From a virus (lineage: Duplodnaviria; Caudoviricetes), in IMG/VR virus record IMGVR_UViG_3300037067_027683, positions 1 to 64,000 of that record: DNA of 64,000 bases, one strand, 5' to 3'. Under the pieces are notes generated by a model, which did not search any database, was not told the DNA's origin, and saw nothing but the letters and a program-made list of their open reading frames with translations. Of the stretch, positions 37,173 through 47,087 are shown piece by piece. Within the stretch, counting starts at the first letter, position 1. Each line of letters starts with the position of its first letter. The position numbers and the translations under genes were made by a program.

Positions 37173-37556
37173 GAAAGAAAGATTATACGTCAATGACTTT
37201 AGATCGACAATTACGGCATAAAAAGAGAATGAAACTTTATTTTCAGAAATATAGAATTAAGAATCGTGATAGAGTAAATGAAATTTCAAGATTGAGTCGC
37301 GCAAAGGCTAAAGTCAGATGTTTTAAAGCTTATGGTGGTTGTCATTGTTGTTGGTGTGGAGAACAAGATATGATTGTTTTGACAATTGATCACATCAATA
37401 ATGATGGGGATATACATCGTAGAAAAATCAATAGTGTTTGGATATATTCTTGGTTAAAGAAACATAATTATCCTAAAGGTTTTCAGATACTTTGTTTTAA
37501 TTGTAATTATGCTAAGACGCAAAATAATGGCGTCTTGCCTGAAAATAGAAAGAATA
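37050..37556 (+). repeat. 112-bp exact direct repeat (37050-37161 and 37445-37556)
   Basis: Identical sequence tattcttggttaaag...gaaaatagaaagaata in the 3' ends of both HNH genes. Confidence 0.95.
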
Positions 37557-37612
37557 AATATGCAAATCTTCAAAATAAAAGACCAGCCAAAATTATGAAT
37601 GGAGTCCCATAA
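37169..37612 (+). CDS. HNH-type endonuclease, copy 2
   Basis: YGGCHCCWCGE...LTIDHI.N.G...YPKGFQILCFNCN. Confidence 0.8.
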   Translation: MRKKDYTSMTLDRQLRHKKRMKLYFQKYRIKNRDRVNEISRLSRAKAKVRCFKAYGGCHCCWCGEQDMIVLTIDHINNDGDIHRRKINSVWIYSWLKKHNYPKGFQILCFNCNYAKTQNNGVLPENRKNKYANLQNKRPAKIMNGVP

Positions 37613-37625
37613 TAGGAGATATCCA

Positions 37626-37877
37626 ATGGGTTGTGGATGCGGGGGTGGTAGTAGGGGTGGGACGAGTGGGGTAAAGATACAGTATAAATCTACATCATTA
37701 ACTGCTGGTGTTAAATCGCAACCAATTGTAAGACCAATACAAACGAGAATTACTTCTTCGAAAAGATGTTCGAAATGTAATTGGCCAATGGCTAGTCTAC
37801 GAAGATATAGTCCACCTTCTGGGAAACAAGTTCATATATGGCAATGTATGAATAGGAAATGCCAATACCGAGAGTGA
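37626..37877 (+). CDS. Small Cys-containing protein (MGCGCGG...; zinc ribbon)
   Basis: AGGAG RBS; CSKC...C...C. Confidence 0.6.
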   Translation: MGCGCGGGSRGGTSGVKIQYKSTSLTAGVKSQPIVRPIQTRITSSKRCSKCNWPMASLRRYSPPSGKQVHIWQCMNRKCQYRE

Positions 37878-37896
37878 ACAATAGTATATAGTTAAG

Positions 37897-38304
37897 ATGA
37901 TAAAGATAATCATAATCTGGTTGGCTGTCACAATAGCTGTTGAGGCTTTAATAGAGTTAGTTGTGGATAGTACAATGCCTGTCTTGAATTGGTGGCGTAA
38001 TCAGCTCAATAAATGGAATCCGCGCTTCTTTGGCAAGTTATTCTCATGTGGATATTGTTTCTCTGTTTGGGTCGCTGCATCCGTGGCTTGGGCATTGCCT
38101 GGGTCGTTGGTCGAATGTTGGTGGCTAGATATCATAATTAAGACATTTTTGTTGCACCGTCTATCTAACGTCATGCATAAAATTATATCTAGATTAATGA
38201 ATAGATTGCCATTTGAGATTGTTGTGACTAGTATTAGGGGTGAATTAGAGAATAATAAAGAAGTGACAATTGAGGATGGAGAGGGAGAATCAAAACATGA
38301 ATAG
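37897..38304 (+). CDS. DUF1360-like membrane protein
   Basis: TM segments plus LFSCGYCFSVWVA. Confidence 0.65.
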   Translation: MIKIIIIWLAVTIAVEALIELVVDSTMPVLNWWRNQLNKWNPRFFGKLFSCGYCFSVWVAASVAWALPGSLVECWWLDIIIKTFLLHRLSNVMHKIISRLMNRLPFEIVVTSIRGELENNKEVTIEDGEGESKHE

Positions 38305-38821
38305 GCATGTTAAAAGACAGACGATGACTACTGAGCAAATGGATTCGGTGTTGCGCGAACGAAATAAACCAGTTGTGTGTACGACCCTACAAGACATTTG
38401 GAAAGTTGTCCAGATATTCCAGAAAGTGATCCCAAAAAATGTTGTTGAAATATCATGTGATTTGCCATGGAATGATCCTGAAACTAAGAAAAGTGGTGTC
38501 GATAAGGTAATAGGTACTACGGTTGATTCATCAATGCGCCAACTTTTAATTGATGGATTAGATGTAGTAAAAAAGCGTCTAGAATCTCAAAATAAACTAA
38601 AAGAACAAATTGAGCAAGCTTCTAAAGACGATGAATTTCCGATTAGTCTTACTGCTTGGGATGTTGATTCGATGAGATTCCACGTTGATTCGTTAATAGA
38701 ACGTAAGCTTGGTGGTAAAAGGCGTGGTCTGGTGATTTATTGGAAGATTGAGGAAGGAGAATTTGAATTTGAGCCATATCAAGGAAAGCTATATAAGGTA
38801 GAGACCAAAAATGAAACGTGA
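38297..38821 (+). CDS. Hypothetical protein
   Basis: Coupled ORF with GGAG RBS. Confidence 0.6.
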   Translation: MNRHVKRQTMTTEQMDSVLRERNKPVVCTTLQDIWKVVQIFQKVIPKNVVEISCDLPWNDPETKKSGVDKVIGTTVDSSMRQLLIDGLDVVKKRLESQNKLKEQIEQASKDDEFPISLTAWDVDSMRFHVDSLIERKLGGKRRGLVIYWKIEEGEFEFEPYQGKLYKVETKNET

Positions 38822-39137
38822 AGCATCAGTCATATCATCTCCGACATATCTAGATGGGGCTGAGATAGCCCGCTATAGAAGTCTAGGTGTTTGGACTCCT
38901 AAAGTTGGTGATTTTATTATATGGCATGGTTTCTTCAAGAGATGGTATGGTATAATTCATGATGTAAGTGGCGATCGTCTAATGATTATTAGAGAACATT
39001 TGCCAAAATTGTTGTTTTCTTTACCTTCTAGCGAATACAAAACGAATTCTATTGAATTATCGTCCGGAATAATTCGTTCGTCACGTGGTGGAGAATACGC
39101 AATACTGCAAGATGGGGCTTGGTATATTGATGAGTAA
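38811..39137 (+). CDS. Hypothetical protein
   Basis: Coupled ORF; WTPKVGDFIIW (SH3/KOW-like). Confidence 0.6.
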   Translation: MKREASVISSPTYLDGAEIARYRSLGVWTPKVGDFIIWHGFFKRWYGIIHDVSGDRLMIIREHLPKLLFSLPSSEYKTNSIELSSGIIRSSRGGEYAILQDGAWYIDE

Positions 39138-39696
39138 GGTAATTAACATACCTGATGTATTACCTTACCCAAAATTGTATCAACTGAAGGATATCCCCGA
39201 ATTTAAAAACAAATTCTGTTATATATTGAAATCTTTCCCAGACAATGGTTTATCGGTGCTTATTCTACGAGATAAGGGAGATATATGTGTACGCATGGGC
39301 GATTTTTCCGGTAACATTATTGACCTTAACCAACCTAATGATTATGTCAAGCAAGTTTCTGGATTTTTATCGAAGATTGTGACCACAATGCGTTGTATAG
39401 CTATCCCAAAAGCAATCTTTTACTTTTCTAATGATAATGGTGTGGCTAGATTAGTTGATATGCGTCTGAATACTAATAAATTTTGTGGTCCTGGATATTT
39501 ATATGACTTTTTTGGGAAGCAGGATATACCAGTACAAGTTAGAATTGGGGAACCAATTATTTTAGATGACACTGTAATTTCTGATCTATTGTGTCATCAG
39601 AATGCTTATAAAGATAATTGCGTAATTAAGCCGTCAGCGTTCAAAACTATTATTAGAGAAGATCAAATAGTCCCGTTATACGGAGTTACTTCGTGA
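39130..39696 (+). CDS. Hypothetical protein
   Basis: Coupled ORF. Confidence 0.6.
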   Translation: MSKVINIPDVLPYPKLYQLKDIPEFKNKFCYILKSFPDNGLSVLILRDKGDICVRMGDFSGNIIDLNQPNDYVKQVSGFLSKIVTTMRCIAIPKAIFYFSNDNGVARLVDMRLNTNKFCGPGYLYDFFGKQDIPVQVRIGEPIILDDTVISDLLCHQNAYKDNCVIKPSAFKTIIREDQIVPLYGVTS

Positions 39697-39965
39697 AACT
39701 TAAAATGCTACACGAATGTACGACTACTGGTGCTTTGGCCATGACTCCTGGTCCAATATCACCAGTTGTTAAGAAACGCAAAAAGAAGAAATATTTTGCA
39801 GAGGATACTTTTATAGAGGACACAAGATCTTTACCACATAAAGTTAAGACTAACACAAAGGAAATTGCGCAAGACACCGCACAAAGGACAAGTGGTCCCC
39901 CAATTCTAAGCCCGACTGGTAAGAGGTATGGACCAGGTAAAGTGCCCGTAAAGAAATATTATTAA
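39693..39965 (+). CDS. Small basic hypothetical protein
   Basis: Coupled ORF, Lys-rich. Confidence 0.5.
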   Translation: MKLKMLHECTTTGALAMTPGPISPVVKKRKKKKYFAEDTFIEDTRSLPHKVKTNTKEIAQDTAQRTSGPPILSPTGKRYGPGKVPVKKYY

Positions 39966-39998
39966 AAATTTAAAGTATTTAAAGTCGGAGGATAACAC

Positions 39999-40529
39999 AT
40001 GGTTATCTTTATGGCTGGTCACCCGTTTTCTGGTAAATCATTCATAGTGTCCATGATTAAAGAAGCACTCGGAACCATTGGGATAGTGCCGATGGTAATT
40101 GATCCAAAGACATTTCGTGATAGTAATTACGATATTTTAGATGAAGATTCAAAAAGAGATATGAATTTGGCGGCATGGGAGGTTTCTCAGGAAGTACTTG
40201 ATGAGTATGTTGTTGACAATATGAATGATATTATAATCTATGACACTGCCTGTGCGTCCTATCAAAGAATGGAACCTCATTTTAAGCATGCTAGGGATCA
40301 CAACCATAAAATTCTCTATGTTATGGTTACTGCTTCATTAGATGTGTGTAAAAAAAGAGCTGGTAAAAATTGGTTATCTGAAGAGGTTCTTAAGAAATAT
40401 GATGTTAGTTTTTCTGTATACACAGATCAATTTTCGGGGTTGGCTGATAAAACAGTTTTTATTAAAAATGATTTTGATAGGCCACCTAACATAAATAAAG
40501 TTATTGAGGCGGTGATGGAATGCCAATGA
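39999..40529 (+). CDS. P-loop kinase (AAA_33/polynucleotide kinase-like)
   Basis: MAGHPFSGKS, IIYDT, SLDVCKKR. Confidence 0.75.
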   Translation: MVIFMAGHPFSGKSFIVSMIKEALGTIGIVPMVIDPKTFRDSNYDILDEDSKRDMNLAAWEVSQEVLDEYVVDNMNDIIIYDTACASYQRMEPHFKHARDHNHKILYVMVTASLDVCKKRAGKNWLSEEVLKKYDVSFSVYTDQFSGLADKTVFIKNDFDRPPNINKVIEAVMECQ

Positions 40530-42409
40530 TTGAATTTGTTAATCCAACAGGTCATTCTATTGTGCTTGCAGGTCCTAATGGTGAACAGATACATTTAAAG
40601 AAGTTCGAAAGAAGGACAATGTCAGATTATTTCAAAAAGTATGCTCCTCGTTATTTGAAAATCATAAAGATGGTTAATACACCACCAGCTCAACCAAGAC
40701 AATTTGCAAGACCCCCGATAATCAATCCGACACAAATACGTAGAGAAGCACCAACAACACGACCGACAGTAACTCAGCAAACATCTACTCGCCAGAATAA
40801 GCCGGTGATTGTTAAAATTAAACAATCACCAGTCCAAAGAATTGTGCGTTCACAAATCGTTGGTAGAACAGCAATGGTGGCTGAACGTGCGACAGCGTAT
40901 TATCGTGATTTAATGTCTAGAATTAAAGTTTCGATCTCAAATGATATTGGTGTTGGCATATTAAGCTTCAATCGCAAAGATTCTGTGTCACGTCTTGTTG
41001 AATCTATTAGAAAATTCACTGACTTGAGTAAGACAACTGTTTTTATTAGTGATGAATCGACCGATGCGCCAACTAAGGATTACATAAGAACTATCAAAGA
41101 CATGGTTGTTTTGGATAATCCAAATAGACTTGGTGTGGCTGGTAATACAAATAGATTGCTGAGATGTCTTGAACGTTTTAGGTTCAAATTGATTTTAAAT
41201 GATGATGTGGAGATTATTGCTTCTGGTTGGGAAAATCTCTATTCTTATGCTATGAACGTTACTGGATATCATCATTTTTGTATGCGTCAACCTGGAATTT
41301 GTGGTGCGACGATTTCTGACGGCATAATTCAGGACATTAAGGGAATTAAAGTTCAGACTATACAAGAGAAACCTCAAGGTGCCATTTTTGCTTATGATAA
41401 TGTGGCTCACAACACAGTGGGTTATTTTGATGAGAATTTCGGGACATATGGCATGGAGCATGTTGATTGGTCCAATCGAGTCTGTATAAGTGGTATACAA
41501 CCACACGGTTTCCATGATGTAATTGGTTCTGAACACTTTTTTAAATTACATAGCGATAAATCGGCAGTTGAGGATAGAGTTAAATATTTAGCTTCTGCGA
41601 AGAAAATTTTTGAATCAGTACGGGACAATAAATCTCGTGTTTACATATCGCCAAGCGATAAATCAATAGTACCAACAGTATCTTATATCATCCCTTTTCG
41701 GGGGATTGACCGAGGTAGTGCCATCAAAGTAGTTTTACAGAATATTAAAGCACAATTATTCCCAGCAATAGAAATCGTAATGGCAGAACAAGATTCAGAC
41801 ACAAGAATATCGATACCAGAATTTAATAGTGTTAAATATGTTTTAGCTAAAGCTAATTTGCCATTTACTAAAGCGCTTGCATTCAATCTTGGATCGTCCA
41901 AGACTACTAGTAAATTCTTGATTTTGCATGATGCTGATATGTTAGTACAAGACGACTATACACAATTCATGTATAATCTTTTACAAAATCATGATGGTGT
42001 TCATGTTGGTAAGAGTGTGCTGTATTTATCAAATGACGCTACTAATAGAGTTGTTTCTACACAAAAGATGGCTAACGATTTGCGTATGGATCGTAGTGTT
42101 GATTATTTCGAAGGCGGATCACTTGGGTGTAGGCGAGATATTTATATCAACATTGGTGGTTTTTGTGAAGATTTTGTTGGGTATGGCAACGAAGATTGTG
42201 AATTTTTTGATAGATTGGCAAAATCATGTAGGTTTTATAACACCAGAACATATGATTTTATTCATATGTGGCATGGTAGGACACCTGGTTGGAAAGAGTG
42301 CCACGAAAAGAATAAATTAATTGAGGGCAGATTAAAGAGAATGGCTATCCAAGACCGTGTGGCATATATTAAAAGAGCAATTGTAAAATATGGCTTAATT
42401 ACTCATTAG
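40520..42409 (+). CDS. Bifunctional glycosyltransferase (GT2-like plus GT2/GT7 C-terminal)
   Basis: ILSFNR...SDES...LNDD...FDE.FG.YG.EH.DW; second domain IIPFRG...FNLG...LHDAD...GGFCEDFVGYGNED...HMWH. Confidence 0.85.
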   Translation: MPMIEFVNPTGHSIVLAGPNGEQIHLKKFERRTMSDYFKKYAPRYLKIIKMVNTPPAQPRQFARPPIINPTQIRREAPTTRPTVTQQTSTRQNKPVIVKIKQSPVQRIVRSQIVGRTAMVAERATAYYRDLMSRIKVSISNDIGVGILSFNRKDSVSRLVESIRKFTDLSKTTVFISDESTDAPTKDYIRTIKDMVVLDNPNRLGVAGNTNRLLRCLERFRFKLILNDDVEIIASGWENLYSYAMNVTGYHHFCMRQPGICGATISDGIIQDIKGIKVQTIQEKPQGAIFAYDNVAHNTVGYFDENFGTYGMEHVDWSNRVCISGIQPHGFHDVIGSEHFFKLHSDKSAVEDRVKYLASAKKIFESVRDNKSRVYISPSDKSIVPTVSYIIPFRGIDRGSAIKVVLQNIKAQLFPAIEIVMAEQDSDTRISIPEFNSVKYVLAKANLPFTKALAFNLGSSKTTSKFLILHDADMLVQDDYTQFMYNLLQNHDGVHVGKSVLYLSNDATNRVVSTQKMANDLRMDRSVDYFEGGSLGCRRDIYINIGGFCEDFVGYGNEDCEFFDRLAKSCRFYNTRTYDFIHMWHGRTPGWKECHEKNKLIEGRLKRMAIQDRVAYIKRAIVKYGLITH

Positions 42410-42773
42410 AATGTCCTTCTTGTTTATCCAATTGTAATTCTTGCATTACTCGATCTCTAAGTACGAGCGCAGCAGCACGTGCGATCTTGGCGCATGTATA
42501 ATTGTTTCCATTGCCCATTACAAATGGAGTTTTCATACAAGGATGGAGAATACTCATTTGGAATGTTGTTACACCATGTTTTGATAACACCTCAGATACC
42601 TGTTTTTGTACTGTGTCTAACCATTCTTCTAAAACTATCACAGCTTTTTTGCGGTCATCGACATTTTCGATCTTACGCGGGTCTATTTCCCATGGCTTCA
42701 AATTGTTAAAGTTGGACACTTTGGTTGGAGTTTCTGATGCTCCATTTGGTTGATTTGCTGATTCTTCGGCCAT
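42399..42773 (-). CDS. Hypothetical protein
   Basis: GGAG RBS; 124 aa. Confidence 0.6.
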   Translation of the reverse strand: MAEESANQPNGASETPTKVSNFNNLKPWEIDPRKIENVDDRKKAVIVLEEWLDTVQKQVSEVLSKHGVTTFQMSILHPCMKTPFVMGNGNNYTCAKIARAAALVLRDRVMQELQLDKQEGHSNE

Positions 42774-42825
42774 TTGGTTTCTCCGGTATTTGAGGTTTCG
42801 GCTGCGTTTATTTACGGAGGTAAAA

Positions 42826-43470
42826 ATGCTAGTAATAGAAGACGAAATGATCGAATCACAAGAGAGGAAAGTTCTACATGCGTATCAAATTTTTAAGCAG
42901 AAAATGGCACAATGCGGGAAAATGATATCTTTCCCAAAAAACACAGACCCACGTAAAACATATAGTTGGCGTTATGTGCTTAATTTTGTTAAAAAGTTCG
43001 ACGAGAATGAATTGCCTAACGAATCAATGACTATGGTAATAGGAGCTATAATCAAGCATGCAAATGAACGAGGGATGATTGATCGTGGATTTGCTATTCT
43101 TGGCCATGGTGACTTATTATCAATTATCCATCAGAAATTAGCACATGATGTTAATGAAGAACATGATATATTGATGCTTGTGTCTAAATCACATGAGTTT
43201 CTGACTCAACAAGATAAAGGAGCATTGACTAATTATTCTACAAGGAATGGTTTTGCGAATATAACGCGCTGGTATGAATCTGGACATCTTGATATTAATC
43301 ATATTGCAATATCTAAAATATGTCGTAGATCCCTGAACGCTATTAAAAGTCATGAAAGAGGATTATTCCCAGATACTAAGAGTCTATATAAGCTTCGACT
43401 TAAGTTGATTAATTCACCTTTGTTAGGTAAATTAAGAGAGATTTTGGGTGATGATTTGTTTGAGGAGTAG
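42826..43470 (+). CDS. Hypothetical protein (possibly helicase-loader-like)
   Basis: GGAGG RBS; helical. The functional guess rests on context only. Confidence 0.5.
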   Translation: MLVIEDEMIESQERKVLHAYQIFKQKMAQCGKMISFPKNTDPRKTYSWRYVLNFVKKFDENELPNESMTMVIGAIIKHANERGMIDRGFAILGHGDLLSIIHQKLAHDVNEEHDILMLVSKSHEFLTQQDKGALTNYSTRNGFANITRWYESGHLDINHIAISKICRRSLNAIKSHERGLFPDTKSLYKLRLKLINSPLLGKLREILGDDLFEE

Positions 43471-43472
43471 AC

Positions 43473-45752
43473 ATGGCGACTCGTGAAGAAGCGTACAAAG
43501 CAACTTTAGCTGAAGTTGAAGACGACTTAGCTGCTAATGTTTTTATTAATAAATATCTTCTTGTTAAAGATAATAATTATTTGGAAACCACACCAACACA
43601 AATATGGCATAGATTATCTAAAGCAAATGCAGCAGCTGAGCAGCCCAAATTAAGTATGGAATTTTCATCTGCATTTTATGAAATGATGTCGAATTGTAGG
43701 TTTGTCCCAGGTGGTAGAATCATATATGGTTTGGGTAATGATGCTAATATAACTTTGAAAAATTGCTATGTGATTGCGATTCGAGAAGATTCAATTAAAG
43801 GAATTTTTACTGCTAATTATGAAATAGCAGAGACATTTAAAGCGGGTGGTGGGTCTGGAACAGATATTAGCATATTGCGTCCAAAAGGATCTATCGTCAA
43901 TAATGCTGCTCGCGTTTCTAGTGGTTCTGTTTCGTTTATGCATCTATTCAGTCAGATTGCTGGGACAATCGGGCAGCATGGAAGAATAGGCGCATTATTG
44001 ATTAGTATGATTGATCATCATCCAGATATTTTCGATTTTATTAAGGTTAAAGGCGATGCATTAGAAGCAGTTAGTAATGCCAACATATCAGTTAAAATTA
44101 CCGATAAACTTCTAAGTGCAGTTGAGGTAGACGGAGATTTTGATTTACATTGGGGAGGTAAGGTCTACCGCACTATTAAAGCTCGTCAATTGTGGGATTC
44201 TATTATACATTATGCTTGGAAGAGGGCCGAACCAGGTTTACTTTTTTGGGATACTATTAGGAGAGATGGTCCAGCTGAACAATATGAAAAATTTCAGACT
44301 TTAACTACTAATCCGTGTGGTGAGGCTACATTGAGTGATGGAGATTCATGTAATCTTGGATCTCTTAATTTTGGAAGATATGTCCGCAATTCTTTTGAGA
44401 AAAATGCTGATTTTGATATTCATTTGTTTAAAAATGATATTCGTAAATCTGTCAGATTCCTTGATAATATTATAACTCTTGATAGATCTCCACTTCCATT
44501 CCAACAATGGGCTAACGATCATGGCAGGAGACTTGGACTTGGTATAATGGGAATGGCAGATGCTTTCATGCGTCTAGGTATAAAATACGATTCAGAAGAA
44601 GCTTATATTAAAGCTGAAGAAATTATGAATGTTTTCAGAGATACATCATATGAAGCATCGTGTGAGTTAGCGAAAGAGAAAGGATCATTCTCAGAATTTG
44701 ATGCTAAGAGACACATGAATTCACCATTTATTCAGAGACTTCCTGATCATATTAAATCAATGATTGAAAAGACTGGAATTAGGAATGTTGCTATTCATGC
44801 TATCGCTCCAACCGGATCTCTTAGTTGCATAGCCAAATGTTCGGGTGCTATTGAGCCAGTGTTTAAAGTTCGCTACTTTAGAAAGACTAACCTTGGCACG
44901 GCTAAGGAAGTTAAAGAGTTTGAAGTTTTACATCAAGTGGCTAAAGAATATGTGGAGAAGTTTGGTAATAAGGAATTACCATCATACTTCATGGGTGCTC
45001 ACGAAGTTCCTCCTATGGCTAGAATTAAATTACAAAGCATGGTTCAGAAATATATTGACCAGGCGATTTCTAACACTGTTAATTTGCCCGAAAATTGTAC
45101 TGAACGTCAGATTAGTGATATTTATTTCCAAGCTTGGAAGAATGGATTGAAGGGCATCACCGTTTATCGCGAAGGTTCACGCCAGAATGTATTGTCATCT
45201 AAATCATCTAAGGATGCTACAGATAAAATCGTGGTCCACAACGCACCCAAGCGTCCAGATTCGTTAGATGGTGTGGTACATGTGATTAAACCAAATGGCA
45301 AGCGTTACGCTGTGTTTGTCGGTTTAATGGGTGAGCGTCCCTATGAAGTTTTCGCTTTAGATCATAAGTTGACTGGTCTTGAAGATGGGATGCGTGGTAA
45401 AATCGTTAAAGAGAAGGCAGACAAGACTCAGAATTATTATCATTTTGAAAGTGGTCCATTGATGGTCAGAAAATTGAATAATTTCGAAGATGATGAAGCA
45501 TCACTGATCACTAGAATGATTTCCACCGCATTGAGGCACGGAACTCCGTTAGAATTCTTGATTGATCAGATTAATAAATCTAAGGCTGGCTTCCACTCCT
45601 TCGCCCGTGCAATTGCTCGTGCGTTGTCTTTGTATTTGAAGCAAGAAGAGGTTGCTGGTAAATTTAAATGCCATAAATGTGGTAGTACGAACATTAAATG
45701 GTCTGGAACATGTTGTACTTGTCTTGATTGTCAGGAGAGTAAGTGCTCGTGA
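43473..45752 (+). CDS. nrdJ: Class II (adenosylcobalamin-dependent) ribonucleotide reductase
   Basis: FVPGGRI, NCYV, GGGSG, TNPCGE, CNLGSLN, RRLGLGIMG, IAPTGS, KGITVYR, C-terminal PKRP..L domain and Cys zinc ribbon. No beta subunit nearby. Confidence 0.9.
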   Translation: MATREEAYKATLAEVEDDLAANVFINKYLLVKDNNYLETTPTQIWHRLSKANAAAEQPKLSMEFSSAFYEMMSNCRFVPGGRIIYGLGNDANITLKNCYVIAIREDSIKGIFTANYEIAETFKAGGGSGTDISILRPKGSIVNNAARVSSGSVSFMHLFSQIAGTIGQHGRIGALLISMIDHHPDIFDFIKVKGDALEAVSNANISVKITDKLLSAVEVDGDFDLHWGGKVYRTIKARQLWDSIIHYAWKRAEPGLLFWDTIRRDGPAEQYEKFQTLTTNPCGEATLSDGDSCNLGSLNFGRYVRNSFEKNADFDIHLFKNDIRKSVRFLDNIITLDRSPLPFQQWANDHGRRLGLGIMGMADAFMRLGIKYDSEEAYIKAEEIMNVFRDTSYEASCELAKEKGSFSEFDAKRHMNSPFIQRLPDHIKSMIEKTGIRNVAIHAIAPTGSLSCIAKCSGAIEPVFKVRYFRKTNLGTAKEVKEFEVLHQVAKEYVEKFGNKELPSYFMGAHEVPPMARIKLQSMVQKYIDQAISNTVNLPENCTERQISDIYFQAWKNGLKGITVYREGSRQNVLSSKSSKDATDKIVVHNAPKRPDSLDGVVHVIKPNGKRYAVFVGLMGERPYEVFALDHKLTGLEDGMRGKIVKEKADKTQNYYHFESGPLMVRKLNNFEDDEASLITRMISTALRHGTPLEFLIDQINKSKAGFHSFARAIARALSLYLKQEEVAGKFKCHKCGSTNIKWSGTCCTCLDCQESKCS

Positions 45753-46771
45753 GTATCAAACTGTCACCGGACCAAATAGAAAGATGGGTAGCGAGGCATT
45801 TTAAATTTAAGAGAAGAAGTCACGGTAATCAATTAGCTATTAATAATCCTTTCATAGACGATGATGATTATCATTTTTGGATATCGACCAAGGAAGATGT
45901 TCTAACCAATGGCCCAAGAAAGGGTGCTAAGGGATATTGGGTCCACGATTTCCGACCAGGATGTCATCAATATGATGGTTCATTCCTAAATTTCGTGCGT
46001 CGTTATAAAAACATCACTTTCTTTGAGGCGGCTGCTGATGTATGTGGTGGGGATGCCAAAAGTGTAAGAGAATCGTTCCGGCAAATAAGAGCTGGCCTTC
46101 AGAATATCAAGGAAGAAGAGTCTGAAGTCGAGACAATTATCGAATTGCCACCTCTGAGTGTTAGTTTTTCTGAAAAGAATAATACTAAACTCAGAGAGAT
46201 ATCTCTGAATTATCTCAATAAGCGTAGGGTGTCTGAGAATCTTGCAATTAAATATGGTCTAATGTATACACCAAGCTCAATTGTGTTTCCTTATCTAGAA
46301 TATGGATTATTGGTGTATTGGCAAGAGCGGAGTATATGCAATAAACGATTTAATTTTCCTGATGAAGTTAAGACAGGTCTCAGAAAGACTGATTATTTGT
46401 TTAATTTTGATAATGTCGAAGTATCAAGTGATTTAATAATAGTCGAATCAATATTTAATTCTATTAGTGTTGGTGACAATTGTGTGGCCACTGGAGGGGC
46501 TACTATAGTGGGGAATCAAGTACGAAAAATAGGTTATTTAAATCCTAAAAATGTGATTCTGGCTCCAGACCATGATGAAGCTGGTCTTAAATCTTTACAT
46601 GATAATTTCTTTGAACTTAAGGATAAATACCCATTAGCTTATTGCTTGCCGCCTAAAGATGTGGATTGGAATGATCTTGAACAGCAGAATGGTCTTGGGG
46701 CTTCACGTCATTATATCGAAACCCACACCCATAGGCTTACTTTATCGACTCTGTTGAAGTTGGCTGCTTAA
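45743..46771 (+). CDS. DNA primase (DnaG/gp61-like TOPRIM)
   Basis: YL.KR.V, IVFPY, YWQERS, LFNFD, IIVESIFNS, APDHDEAG, DWND. Confidence 0.8.
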   Translation: MLVSIKLSPDQIERWVARHFKFKRRSHGNQLAINNPFIDDDDYHFWISTKEDVLTNGPRKGAKGYWVHDFRPGCHQYDGSFLNFVRRYKNITFFEAAADVCGGDAKSVRESFRQIRAGLQNIKEEESEVETIIELPPLSVSFSEKNNTKLREISLNYLNKRRVSENLAIKYGLMYTPSSIVFPYLEYGLLVYWQERSICNKRFNFPDEVKTGLRKTDYLFNFDNVEVSSDLIIVESIFNSISVGDNCVATGGATIVGNQVRKIGYLNPKNVILAPDHDEAGLKSLHDNFFELKDKYPLAYCLPPKDVDWNDLEQQNGLGASRHYIETHTHRLTLSTLLKLAA

Positions 46772-47087
46772 GTTTCTGTTCTAATCCTTTTAATCCAAGA
46801 TTTTTCACAACAAATAATTTATTACTATCAAAAGTTCTATAGGTGTCCCTATTGTTATTAAATATTGAAGTCATGTTGGTTTTGAACCATTGCATAGCAT
46901 CGCCAATATTGAGTTGTCGCAAAATATTAAGATTAGCTCTAATGATTGCGATTTCATGATCCAATATTTTATCGGCGACAAAAGCTAGTGTCTTTCCATT
47001 ACTCTGCCCGAGGTATAGCAATAGGTAGAATTCGTGCGGATTTTTCACTTCATATCTAGCCCATATTAATTCAAAATTTTGAACCAT
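46737..47087 (-). CDS. Hypothetical protein
   Basis: Abuts the upstream minus-strand gene. Confidence 0.55.
   Translation of the reverse strand: MVQNFELIWARYEVKNPHEFYLLLYLGQSNGKTLAFVADKILDHEIAIIRANLNILRQLNIGDAMQWFKTNMTSIFNNNRDTYRTFDSNKLFVVKNLGLKGLEQKLKQPTSTESIK

Noticed and set aside
37050-37556. DGR template/variable repeat pair
   Set aside because: The copies are identical with no adenine-specific mismatches, and no reverse transcriptase is present in the window.
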